Positions 13,694 through 26,818 of a stretch of DNA of 64,000 nt are shown here, one piece after another. The notes under the pieces are model-generated. The model made no database searches. It was not told the origin of the DNA and saw only the letters and a program-made list of their open reading frames with translations. Position numbers and translations under genes: made by a program. Each line of letters begins with the position of its first letter. Position 1 is the first letter of the stretch. This stretch comes from Chrysomallon squamiferum (Eukaryota > Animalia > Mollusca), in NCBI GenBank assembly GCA_012295275.1, contig CM022673.1, positions 8,494,001 through 8,558,000 on the forward strand, written 5' to 3'.

Positions 13694-14354
13694 TGTGTGT
13701 GAGTAGGTGTGTGTTTTGAAAGTTAAAAGAGGTGTTATTAGCAGATTTTGTTACTATGATTTGGGATAATGGAAACCCTCTGCTGCATATCTGGAATATT
13801 TACCTAGAAAACAGATTTTATGACATTTGATTTAACAGTAGTAAAAAAAGAATAAATAAATAAATAAAAATAAACAAGAAAAAACCTACCATATCACAGC
13901 ATTAGATTCTTGTTTGAATAGTTCGCAATTAACAATGGAAGTCCTCAGAGTTGTCTCCCTTTATAGTCAACAGTAGAGATCCGATCATCATTTAAAAAAA
14001 AAAAAATTCTTTATTTTTAAAATCTTTTGTTGTTGTTTTTATATTTAATTAATGAAAACGTCATAATGGTAACGTTTGTTGTAGCTAGTTATGATTATAA
14101 TCAGGCGTTGATATCACATTTGCTTCCCATTAGATTCAGTTTCAAGGTAACACAACTATCGGTAAATGCATGGTTAATACATAATTTAATTATTGGAAGA
14201 CCTTCTCCATTCTGTTAATATATTATAACTTACACTGATGTAGACAAACATTCAGGGTGTGGTCTGTGTGCGTTACTGTCGCCGAAAGTTAAGTTAATCA
14301 TACACCTGGTATGTTATCGGCTTTAGTCGAATGGCCGAATGCAGCTAAGGAGGA

Positions 14355-14413
<59 letters not shown>

Positions 14414-14789
14414 TTTATACTGTTTATTAATTTTGTTTTTTATTTTTTTTTTTAAATTTACAAACAAATACAAATTTTATATATCTCGTTATATACTCTA
14501 TGATTTTATTTAAAATCAATACGTTTAAATTTAATATTGTAAAATGTATATATTGTATTAAATAAAATCAAATATATCACGTTGTCAAAAAGAGATAGAA
14601 TACAAGTAGGTTGTATATAGGATAATCGAATCGAAATTCAAAATTAACTAAATTGTTTTAAATGCACTTAATTTATTTATACTAGATTCAGAGCACTTAA
14701 TATAATTATTATTGTGTATGACTATTAAACTTTCGTAAAAACAAATTAACATTTTAATTATAAAAGATCATTTAACGTTGGCAATAATG

Positions 14790-14953
14790 GTTCTCGATTC
14801 TTCTCGGAGGAAACAGATTTTAAGTTGTGACGGAAGAAAGAGTTCAGATTGTGGGTCATATGTTTGGTGTAAGCATTTTGTTTACATGTATTTTAGAAAA
14901 TAGTTGGAGTTGAACTAACCGATGATCTGAATGAGATTATTTTCACAATACAG
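14790..14953 (+). promoter_or_regulatory. Putative TMEM198 promoter / non-coding first exon
   Basis: ETS-like CGGAAG at 14831-14836 in a CpG-containing patch, with donor CAG|gtaata at 14953. CpG appears depleted by eye downstream, as in gene bodies. No coding exons of another gene were found before 30810. A possible further UTR exon is 16370-16541 (tag|...cag|gtgggt). Confidence 0.4.
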
Positions 14954-17900
14954 GTAATAAATTAAATTTCTTAGATCCGTTTAAGAAACGAGTAGCATAG
15001 ATAATAATTTAATAATTTGTAAACAATAGAATAGTGCCTAAGCGTGAACCAATTTCAGCCTCATTTTCATCCTGGCCTATTTTCATTTTAAACTTGAAGA
15101 TGTGTCGTGAAATAGTTCTAAAAATAAATAAATAAAATCAGCATAAATTAATTCATAATTTTTATCCATTCCAACTATTCGATTATTTGGTTTCTGATGA
15201 TGGTATAAGTCTATTACTGTTATTTATTAGTATTACCATTAGTCTGACCGGGATGAACATTGAATATATTATTATTAAACAGGACAAGTGCTTCGGTATT
15301 TACTTGTATTTATTTATTTGTTATGGTATTTTGAGAGTTTTTATTTCTCAACAGATTACTTGTATTACTGAATGAGACAACACATTTCACCAATCTTCTT
15401 AACATAAATAAAAAATAAAAAAGCTTTTATGTTACAGTTATTATTAACCTTGTGGTTTAAATTATTATTTAAAGTAGTAATTTTTAATTGGAATGTATAA
15501 ATTACATTTTACATTCAGATTTATATTTAAAATATCAGTCATTTATTGTACTTACTGTTTTTATTACTTACGAAATAAAAGACTAAGCTGATTTTTTAAG
15601 AGAAAAAAGGAAGGTGTTTGCAGGGTGTATCCCTTCAAACTTCAAATGTGTACAGTGTTATTCATCCTTTAAACATGCTGTTGAATAACTAAAATTATAC
15701 TTTAAATTTTTTTTTAAATTTGTGACTTGATACAATGAAAGTATCATTATAACAGAAAACCACATGCATGAACCACAGTTGATAGTAAGAAACACTAAAC
15801 ATGTTTTCTGTTGCACTAAATATCTCTTATAAATATATGATGACCAATCCTTTTACTTTTCCATGCATTCATTTGTGACTAAGTAAAACGTGATATTTTA
15901 GATTTCTTAAGAACATAATTTAAGAACTATCTGTTCTTGTAGTTTCTTATAAATCTTTCAAAACCCCCTTTTCCCACGTCATGATTTATTAAGGAAGGTC
16001 CAGTAAATTTATTTAATAGTGAAACAAAATTATCTTCGCTGTGATTAATGTGCCACATTGTCTTCCTTTACAATGGGATAAGTTAACATTTTGTTCATGA
16101 AAAAGCAAACACCTCTTGAACAAAGCATAACTGTGTAAACAACAGATACGAGAGAAATGTTGAATGTTTGTGTAGAATGTCTCTAGTCACACAATTCAAG
16201 GTCATCTTTTTAAAAAGTTGTCATCATCTTTGCTTGGATTTCAGTTTACAACACACATCAGTGTCTGAAGTTTTTTTTTTTTTTTTTTATGGCTCCTAGA
16301 TTCCTTGTACTGGAATGCATTTTGATTGTGTTATGTCATTAATAATTTATATATATTTTTTATTTATAGAAGAATTACTCAAAACTGCAGGATGTGAACA
16401 GACAATGATTAGAGAAGAAAACTGATCAGTGAAATTGCTCAAGTTATGTAACATTTTCATCTCAAAACTCACCAAGTGTGAACTATGGAAATACAAATGT
16501 TCAGGGGTACGTTGAACAAAGTCTAAAAAAAAAAAAAACAGGTGGGTACTTTATAAATCTTATTTGTTTAAGAGATAACAGATATTTGAGAAACAATCAA
16601 AAAGGAATATAGGAGGACATCTTAAATTTTGAATAAATAATGATTTGGATTATCTGTATTAAAAGATTTCTTGCAGTCTGCCTGTTCAGTTCAATGTATT
16701 TGTATTGCATATGTATATAAAAATTATCTTGTGACTATTTCTGGAATAGTCTGGAAAAAAGGTTCATTTTATTCTCTAAAGAAATTTATGAAAAATATCA
16801 GATCATATAATAGACAGACACTATTAATAATTTATAACTTAAACAGCAACTTTTGTCTGAGATATTTGTATCATAAATATTCATTAATGGAAATTTTCGT
16901 TTTGATGAAATTATTTAGATTTATACAACTGTACATATCTTGAATGCAGCATTTGTTCCTATGTTCTGTATAATAATAATGTACAATTTATGTAGTCATG
17001 GGAACCTTGTCAGACATAATCTTTAGAACACAGTAATTGGGTTGACCTTTGTTCCTTATTCATTAACAGGTGTTTTACAGATAAATCTATAGTAGTTCTT
17101 GAGTCTTTGGCAATGACCTTTACTATTCTTTAATAGTTTTGATAAAAATGTAATATTGTGTGTTTTTAAATTTTGACAGGAAAAATGAATGCCTTGTGCA
17201 AAATATATTCTTAATATGGGAAATTTGTTTTTTTATGTAATCATTTTCAAATCAATAAACATTTAAATTATTTAGTTATTTAATAATGATATAATTTAGA
17301 TTAATATAATCAAATAAATAAGTAAATACTTTAGTATATTTGTATTTTTTTATTAACTACATAGTTCAAGTCATTATTGTAAAAGAAGTCAATGCTGGAG
17401 TTGTGGAAAGTTGACGTTTGTTTTTGGGGTTGTTCTTTTTTTGGTTTTTAATAATATTTATTCCAATGCAAAATCATTTATTTATTACTGAGAAATCAAT
17501 ACTAAGTACATCAGTGAAGTTCATAAGTGTTTGCTTCTGTTCTGAGAATTGAAAAATTGATGAATGTTTAGCACGCCACAATTAATTACAGACTGCACAT
17601 ATTAGATCTGTGTTTGCTTACAAATTCTATAGTGGAACTAATCATATTTTATTAATTTTTAACTTTACAGGATTTATACAGTGTGCCTTGCGGGTGTATT
17701 TTTTTAATAAGACATCTAGTATGTAATACAAAATAGACTACATATATGTTGCAAGTGGGTGCATGTGTGTGGTTGATGATAAAAGGAATAATGATACAAA
17801 CAAGAGTAGATTAAAGCATTCTAGACATATTTTGAAACTGTTGTAATATTGTGTTTGTCTAATAATGAAATATTGTATATTGTAAGCGAACAAATAGGTT

Positions 17901-19382
17901 AATTAACAGTATGTAGACTCATTTTAGATATAGATACTATTAATGAGATAAACTTCAGTTTTTTAAAATAAGAATAAGGGCAAATTCAACACTGAAGGTA
18001 ATTGTTACATGTTCAAATGTATACAGCTTATAATGAAATGGATATGGGAAATACCAAGCAATAAATAGGGTATTTTTCTATGCCATAAAGACAGACTGTA
18101 TTCTTTAAAATGGTGTCAATACACAATATATATTAGTGTGTCATCAACATTTGTCTTTTGATATTTGATACTTTACCAAAATGTAAATACTCGGTCAGTA
18201 ACTTGTCACTTATCACTGTCAGCAATCTGATTGATTCATGTTGCATTTAATTAATATATTTGTTCATAGTTTTTTTCTTTATTTTATATTAAATACATTT
18301 ATGATTTACAAAGTATTAAAATTTATAAAATTCAATATAAAATTAAATCTAGAATGACTAAATTATCTTTCAAAAATTATATTTATCTTTGTTTGTATAT
18401 GATATCATATAAGTTTGTAAGAGAAAAACAAAAGATGGTATTTTTAGGTGTTGTTCCTAATTAAAGAAAAATGGAGAGAGAAAATATTTTTATTAAATAA
18501 TTCCATAATTCTGTCGGAAATATAGCTAATTGAATTTTTGTTCAAAAGGTAATTTATGAGATGGTAAATTTAGGTGGTGCATATGACTTTCTTGATGAAA
18601 GAAGTTAAATTATGAAGGAAAACAAAAATAGAAGCACTGGATCTCTATGTATTATGTTAGTGACTATTGATGTGTATGTGAAGCAGCCATTATTTAAAAG
18701 TTTAATAAAAAAAAAAATTGCTGATTTCAAACATATATTCAAGCACTCTTGTCTCTTTGAATTATTTTTACGTCTTTCTTTCATACTGTTTTTCTTTGTT
18801 TCACCTACAGTTACCGAATTCTTTTCATTACTGACAAATCACATCTTGAGACAGTGTGATTATTTGTGTTGAGCACATTTTCAGGAATGTGCGGAAAGGT
18901 GCTAATGATACTGTTATCTAGGATGACTGTTCTTCTTGTTGTGTTAGACAAAGCATTAGTTTGTGTTAGCCGAGGCCTTTGTGGCTTACCTTTGTTTGTG
19001 TATTTTAATCAAGCCAATTTATGCAGGAAATTAGCTGGTTTTTTCACATCAGCCAGCTGTCTTGCCAGATTCCATTAGTTTTATCACCTGGCTTGAATAA
19101 ATATACATTTAAATGTAGTTTGTGCCGTTATATCTTAGGACTTGGTATGTAAGAGTTTAGTGTTACTGTAACAGTACACCTTTTTATTGTGTAATTTACA
19201 ATGTGACAAATAATTTTACCTACTTCCTATAGATCATGGCTGCTGGCATTTAGGGCAATGACACTATGTGTCTCCAGAGCCCCAAGTTATTCAGTTTTAC
19301 ATTTATTTAGAATAAAACGTTAGTAGTAATGATGTTACAATTTCCTGTCATAATTATAACCAGTATTTTAAGGAAATTATTA

Positions 19383-19426
<44 letters not shown>

Positions 19427-21399
19427 AGATTTTGTTGCAGATCAAGGGGAAAAATGTGCAGTATATTTAAATAATTATTCACTGTTGTAGTAATAATCAT
19501 ATATATATATATTTAAATCTTCTGTACTATTTCTGAAGAGCATTGCTAGAAAGCTTTGTTTATTTTGTACTGTACATTAGACAACAGAAAAACACACAAT
19601 CCTTATTTGTTTCAATATTGTGATAAAACTTTCTTTCAGTTGAATGGATTTTATTGTTTGTGATTTAAAAAAATATATATTGTTATTATTATATGTATAT
19701 TTAGTTGTGTTGGATTATTTTTTCAAATTACTATTTTGTGAATCATAAAACTTGTGATACTTTATAATGTCTTTTAAATTTAATATTTCCATATCATGTT
19801 TTTAACCTCACACAATTTCTGAAAAAAAAACCCATTTCAGATCATTGTCTGCAGTTGCTAAGAATTGGTTACACTTTTTTTTTTTTTTTTTTTTTTTTTT
19901 TCTTTCTTTTTTTTGTTGCCTTTTTTCTTTTATTGTCTCTGGGATTCATTGATTTTTTTTCATTCTTGGAGATAATCAGTCTGTTTATGAGTCAGCTACA
20001 TTGTGTGAATATGCTGACAACTTGAAATCCAGATTTACACACAAAAAGTGGAAGAAGTCCAGTTTTTCACTGATCTTTAACAGGGACAAAATTGTTTTCT
20101 GCCAAGATGAAAGAATCCTTTAACTTTGGGAGTGTCTGTCTTTATACGTTTCATGTTATGCTCCAGCTGGCATGGGTTCAGATCAGAGATGATATAGGTC
20201 AGTAATAGTTTTGTCTTTTTGTTTGGTTTTCATTGTAATCTATTTTTATTTTTTTATTTGGGTCAATATATAGGCTATATTGGATTACTGAGAGAAATAG
20301 GAATAGTCAGTTCTGAGCAGTAATCTTTTTGTCAAATTCATATATTTATTTCTGTGGAATGATAGAGAACCTAGTGATGTGTTAATCTGAATGTAAGCAT
20401 AGTTACATTTTTAAATGACTGTGAGTAAATGCTAATAAAAATTTATTGGTTTCGTGTTTTTCACATTATTAATTGTATATTGTTGAAGGAAGATTTTTAG
20501 AATTATTTATATTTATTTATTTACTTATTTACTTATTTAATTTATTTTATTTTATTTATTTTTTATTATTTAGCATGTTTCAGAACTGAATAGTTATTTA
20601 AATTGCGATATTGTTAATCAAATTTAAAACTTTATTTTTTAACATTAATACATTCAGGCATTCTACCTATTATTTTTTCTTAAAATAAAATAAGTAACAT
20701 TCAAATTTATTTTAGTGATAAATATGTTTTTTATTCATTGCACACACACACACTCTCTCTCTCCTCTCTCTCTCTCACACACACACATTAATATTTATGA
20801 AACAAAAAGTATTATTACAGACATTCAACTCTTCATTCATTTGCATTATTTTTTTGACAACATGAAACATGAAACTTTATTCAAAGGTTAATGCATATCA
20901 TGGACACCAAAGATGTTTTAAATATACCAGTATTTTTCACCAAGCTTTAGCATTATATATAAAAATGTATATCTGTATGTATGGAAAATTGATATTTAAT
21001 TAAAGTACATTTTAACTGTATTGACTTTTTGTAGGTGAGTGATATTTCTCAAATAAAAGTACTTTATTTTCAGCATATTATCATATTAAGTGGTATCACA
21101 GCAGTTTAACCTAAGTACATATTGTTCAGTGACATCAGCACATAGAATGTTTAAAATTAGAAAATTACAGGTAGCTGTGCTTAGTATTGAGTATTTCAGC
21201 TTAGCTGTATTGATTATGCCTTTACTTCAAATACCCAATTAATTTATATACATAATCATGATAAATTGTGTACCTTTTCACTGTGTCTGTGTTTGTGTAT
21301 GTTTTGTTGTTTGTTGTTTGTTGTTTGTGTATGAGTGTGTGTGAGTGTGTGTTTATTTTTACCAGTGTTTTGAATTTGTTTAAGAGTAAGCAATAAATA

Positions 21400-21457
21400 T
21401 AACAACCTTTGGGATTTTCCCATACTTTCAAACTTATAAAAATAATATATATACAGG

Positions 21458-21495
<38 letters not shown>

Positions 21496-21880
21496 TGAAT
21501 ATATATGCATGTGCTATTTTAGCTGCTATTGTAATAGTCAAAATTTTTTTTTTATTATTATGCAGCATTTATAACAACACATCAAACAACCTTTGGGATT
21601 TTCCCACATTTAAAATTTATAAAAATAATATATATAATATATAGACTGTAAATATATATATATATATGACGTAATTATATACGCATGTGCTATTTCAGCT
21701 GCTGTTGTAATATTCATCATTATGCAGCATTTACGACAACAGCACATTTAACTACGTTTGGGATTTTCCCCACACCACAGTCACAACAGCAGTGTTATTA
21801 TATTTGTGTGATGTGGAACTAACAACACCTTTTAGCAGATATGAACAGACAGGCTATTTCAGCTGCTGTTGTAACACTCT
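21400..21880. repeat. Diverged tandem repeat, ~3 copies of a ~175-185-bp unit
   Basis: tttgggattttccc occurs near 21408, 21592 and 21757; gctattt(t/c)agctgct(a/g)ttgtaa occurs near 21513, 21689 and 21853. Confidence 0.8.
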
Positions 21881-22690
21881 GACCCACTTTGAGCCCTGTA
21901 CACGAAAAAGTACACACACAGGATAGGATATAGGACAGGACCATGTGTTAACAACGTTCATCAGATCATGTTATCTGTTAACTCAAATTTCTCACACGCC
22001 GATAAGGTAAGTTTGTATAAAATACACTCTCAGAATTTATGCTTGTTTAATATTTGATTACTGATTTATGTCAAAGTTTAACTTTGTGCATACTTCAGAG
22101 GTGAGTTACTGAATGTATTTTTTTTTATTATTATTTTTTTTTTTTTTTCAATGATTAGTTATATTTTCGTTGGTTTGGTTAGTGTCTTTGCTTCAAATAC
22201 TAATTTTAATCTTTACAGGTATTAACAAGTTGAATTAAGCTATAGCTGGATCACAGTTGTTATTAATTCAGTTATTCATAAAATACATAATATTTATGCA
22301 GACAAGAAAAAGTTTTTTTTTTTTTTTTTTTTTTTTACAGGGAGTACAAGGGAAACTGGTTTATTGATATATTATGTCCATCAGTGAACTTAAAAAAAAA
22401 TCATTAAAATAAGTTAGGTTTCTGCATGTAAATGAATCTTAATTTATTATATTTTATCTTTGGTGGTGCTAATATAAAGCTGATATGCTCTTCAAAGAGA
22501 AGTGATTTTTTTTTTTAGAGAAATAAATTATTGACAAATTTGTATTTTTATCAGATTTTTTTTTTCTTTTTTTTAATTTTAAAGTATTGTTCTACTTGGT
22601 AAAACATTTTAAATGTAATAAGCTGGTGTCAGTCAAAAGGTCAGACTTCATGAATTCATATCTTGTAAAATTACTAATAATCTTTCTTAT

Positions 22691-22731
<41 letters not shown>

Positions 22732-22806
22732 TAAAAAAACAAAAAACATACCAACAAAATAACAAAAACAACAACCAAAAACCCAGTTTCTTTGAATAAA
22801 ATGAAA

Positions 22807-22850
22807 TACAGCAAGCCTGTTTATAACGACCATCATGCTAGGACAGAAAT
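22807..22850 (+). mobile_element. Possible degenerate Tc1/mariner-type MITE terminal inverted repeat
   Basis: ta-cagcaagcctgtttataacgacca resembles TA-CAGTCAAACCTGT..TA..GACCA termini of non-autonomous DNA elements (from recall). Only a weak partner end is present (gactgta near 22998-23004). Confidence 0.25.
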
Positions 22851-24736
22851 GTTAATTTAATTTGTGTTTCAAACCATTGTTTTATAGATTTATGGTTGTT
22901 ACTTTTTTCTTTTTTTTTTTTTTTTCTGTGGTCCATGAAGCATTTACAGCTATAAAATTTAAAACTACATGGGTGGTATGAATGTGTGTGCTATTAAGAC
23001 TGTACACTGTTGCTATATATAACATTAAAATGCATATATTCACAGTTTTTAAAGTTTAAGTTAGGATCAGTTGATAGTTTTTTTTTTTTTGTTAACATAA
23101 TTTATGAGAACAAAAATGTTTAGCAGATATTCTGTAGCAATATTTAATAATCACATCAATATGCAGTACTGAAAAGTAAGATCTAATCACAGAAAATAAA
23201 ATTACAATATTTATTATTAAAACATTTTCTAGGAAACAAATTATAATTTCAAAAAGACAAAATAAAATAAGTATATACGTGTATCTTTGTTCTCTCTATG
23301 TGTTTGTACTGGTTGCCACAAATAAGTGTAAGTTTCATTTGTCATTGTTTGGTTGGTTTCTGCTGATCATTAATAAATAAGAGATGCTTAAACACATTCC
23401 ATGAAAAGAAGAGGCAGGATACAACTCTCAAAAAAAAATTTCAGTTCATTCTTATTAATTAATATTTAATGAAACCACACTTCCTTAATTATTCATCAGT
23501 TAATTATATATGGGTTGTTTTTTGTAGGTTTCTTTTTGTTGTTGATTTTGATTTTATATGATATTTTATATGTGTGTCTGTGTTTTGATCCTAGTTTGTA
23601 TGCATAAACTGGTTTTATAGGCATTCTAAGCTAAATATAAATATAAATAATGTATAAAGCTATGTTTTTTAACTGCTTATTGAGCAAGATGAAATAACTT
23701 TTGAAACAAAATCTGTACCTATTTTTAGTAATTATTCATTAAAAATTTTCAGACAGAATACTTTTTTTCATTTATATTTATCTTTTTTGAAAACTGAAAA
23801 TTAAATAATAAAAATTAAAAAAGAAATAAAGAAAAATCAGAGACAGAAGATTTGGCTCAAATAGAGTAAATATTGTTTGAATGTTTGATTTTAATGTTTA
23901 TTAAACATAACATCTGAATAAATTTTTATATTAACAATCTTATAATCTTTAATGATAGTTTAAGAAATGGCTACAGTAAGTAATTAAATTAAAAAGTAAA
24001 TTACACATTTTGTCATTAAATAGAAGACCTGAGAGACGCAAGTTTAAATGGGAATGTGGTGAAAAAAAATTCAGTGTGTTACTTGTGTGTTTTGAAAATT
24101 ATTTTGATTTGTAACTGTTTATTCAATTTAAAAACAAAACCAATATAAATGAGAGAAAAAAATTAGAGAAAATAAATATCTGGTAATAAGAGAAGGAAAA
24201 AAGGAAACGAATTAAATACTTTTTCTCTTTTTTTTTTTTTTTTCTCTCTCTCTTTTTTTTTTAAAGCTACATCTGAAATAAATGTTAAAACAGCAAATTC
24301 TGTCTGAAGATTTTCTGAAGTTGACACCCAGAAATATTTGCTTACAAAGTGTTTCCTTGTTGCTGTCAAATCAGGGAATCAGCATATTTTGTCTACTTGT
24401 AACAGTAATGCTGTATTTTCATGCACATGTAACAGAAAAAATAAATTAAATAAACTAGATGTCTCAAAGGCATGGCACCATTATCTTGGGTCATGCAAAG
24501 TGCATGTGCCTGCTAAGTGGATGAAGCACTTGCCAAAATGCATATAAACTTTCCTTTACTGATTGTAACTGAGAAGCGTAGCCTATGTCATTTCTCATAT
24601 CATTATTAAAATGTGTTGAAATGTTTATATGCAGATATTCATTTATTCATGTTTCACATATATATATTATATATTAGAGTTTGCCTATACTAGAGTTGGT
24701 TTTTAAAATAATATTTATTTTAACCTCAGGAAATCA

Positions 24737-24772
<36 letters not shown>

Positions 24773-25192
24773 CTGATTTTTTAGAAAAAAAATGATTTCA
24801 TTAATACATAAAAGAAAAAAACAAAAAGAAAACTATGCATACCAAATGTGACAAGTTGACACCAGAAAATATTTGTTTGAAGGTTGGCCCTATGATAACA
24901 GAACAAGTGTTTCCTTGTTTCTGTGTGACCAGTGAATCAACACATTTGTCAGGTTTCTGCTATATATTTGCATCTTTGTGTTTATATAATAACATGAACA
25001 TAAATGAGCCAGCCTAAAAGGCAACAGGACGTAATTATATAGACGTGTGGATCAGGTTTTAAAATATTTTTCAGTTTGCCCAGAAGCAGAACTTTATTTT
25101 CATAGGTAGGAGTTTTCCATTCTGAAGTTTCTATTTTCTATTTCTTTTTTTTCTTTTTTTTTGTTCCCGTTTAAATTATTATTATTTTTGTT

Positions 25193-25268
25193 ATTACTAC
25201 TACTACTACTACTACTACTACTGCTGCTGCTACTACTACTGCTGCTACTACTATTGTTATTATTACTC

Positions 25269-25321
<53 letters not shown>
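25193..25321. repeat. Compound (TAC)n/(TGC)n/(TAT)n microsatellite
   Basis: Seen directly in the sequence. Confidence 0.9.
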
Positions 25322-25971
25322 GCTATAAAGCAAGCAACTATTAACAATTGTAACATGTTGGTTATTTTGTATTTTTGTTCTTGTGGTTAATTGACTATTT
25401 GAATTTCTAAATTTCACCAGTTTTATACAGAAAATGTTAATGTTACAAAGAAAAAACTGGATTTCATCTTTTATTAGTTTGCACTATTTACACTGAATTA
25501 ATCAAACGTTCATATATAACATGATTATTTTTTTTAATTTACTTTTTAATTAAAAAAGAGAGAAAAAAACCCTGATAATAAATCTTTTTTCAAAGCAGTG
25601 AAAGCTTACTTATTCTATTTTTATCACTAATAAATCTCTACCATATTTTCAGTATGTATAATCTTACAAAAATTGATGTAATCACTTTCATGGATTTGAA
25701 ATTCAAAGAAATCTTGTATTTGTATTAAGTCTGAATATTAAGTACTGGGCTTGGATTAAATAGATTTTTTTTTCTCAGTTTATGTATCAATCAGTTGGTA
25801 AATACTTACATAAAACGGTAATCAGTAGCTAAAAACTTTGTTCAGATTGTCACAGATTTTAAAATGCAGTGTTTGAGATCAGAATTGCAAGGATGAAACA
25901 AAACAAAATAAGTAAAAATAATACTAAAATAAAAGAAATAAAATAAATAAATTTAAAAAAGTAATAAAATA

Positions 25972-25989
25972 AACAAAACAAAACAAAAC

Positions 25990-26020
<31 letters not shown>

Positions 26021-26126
26021 CAAAACAAAAACAAAACAAAACAAAACAAAACAAAACAAAACAAAACAAAACAAAACAAAACAAAACAAAACAAAATAAA
26101 ACAAAACAAAACAAAACAAAACAAAA
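25972..26126. repeat. (CAAAA)n pentanucleotide microsatellite
   Basis: Near-perfect aaaac array seen directly. Confidence 0.95.
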
Positions 26127-26786
26127 CACAAACAGTAACAATAAAGCTGTTTTATAATCATCATATAAATCCTATTCAACAAAGCTGTTGCTATCAGCTG
26201 TTGCACTTTTAGTTTACTGGGCTATGACACTGTAATCAAAGAATGACATCACTGATACACTTACTCTAAGAGTATTTAAAAAAATAAAGAGACATTGTTC
26301 ACTTCAAACAACATATACCTGTATGTCACAAACAGACGTTACCTTAGCATCCTGTTGTCTGACTTGAACTAGTGCGATTTGTTTGTGTATTTAGTGGGTT
26401 ACTCTCTCCTGTTTCTACATGCCTCGATAAATGAGCAATTATACTTTAGGAAAATCTTGTTACAGGCTCAAACTTTGAGCCGATCAACGCACCGTGCAGT
26501 GCTTCCAGTTAATCAACTTTGGCTTGTGTGTATTTACTGCCAGATTGCTGGTGTTGTCTCTCAGTGCTTAACATCCCTCTGTTTTGGTTAATGTCTGTCT
26601 GATGTGCTGTTTGTTGGCATGGGCAATAATTGGGCAAGGAGCCTATGAGAGAGATACCAAGGAACAACAGCATTATGCTGCGTCAGATTTTTTTTTTTTT
26701 TTTTTTAAAACAACATTTATGCAGCCACAGGTTCTGTAGTTTTTGCTTCAGTGAGTTTTGATTTTTGTCATTAACCCCATTTATTA

Positions 26787-26818
<32 letters not shown>

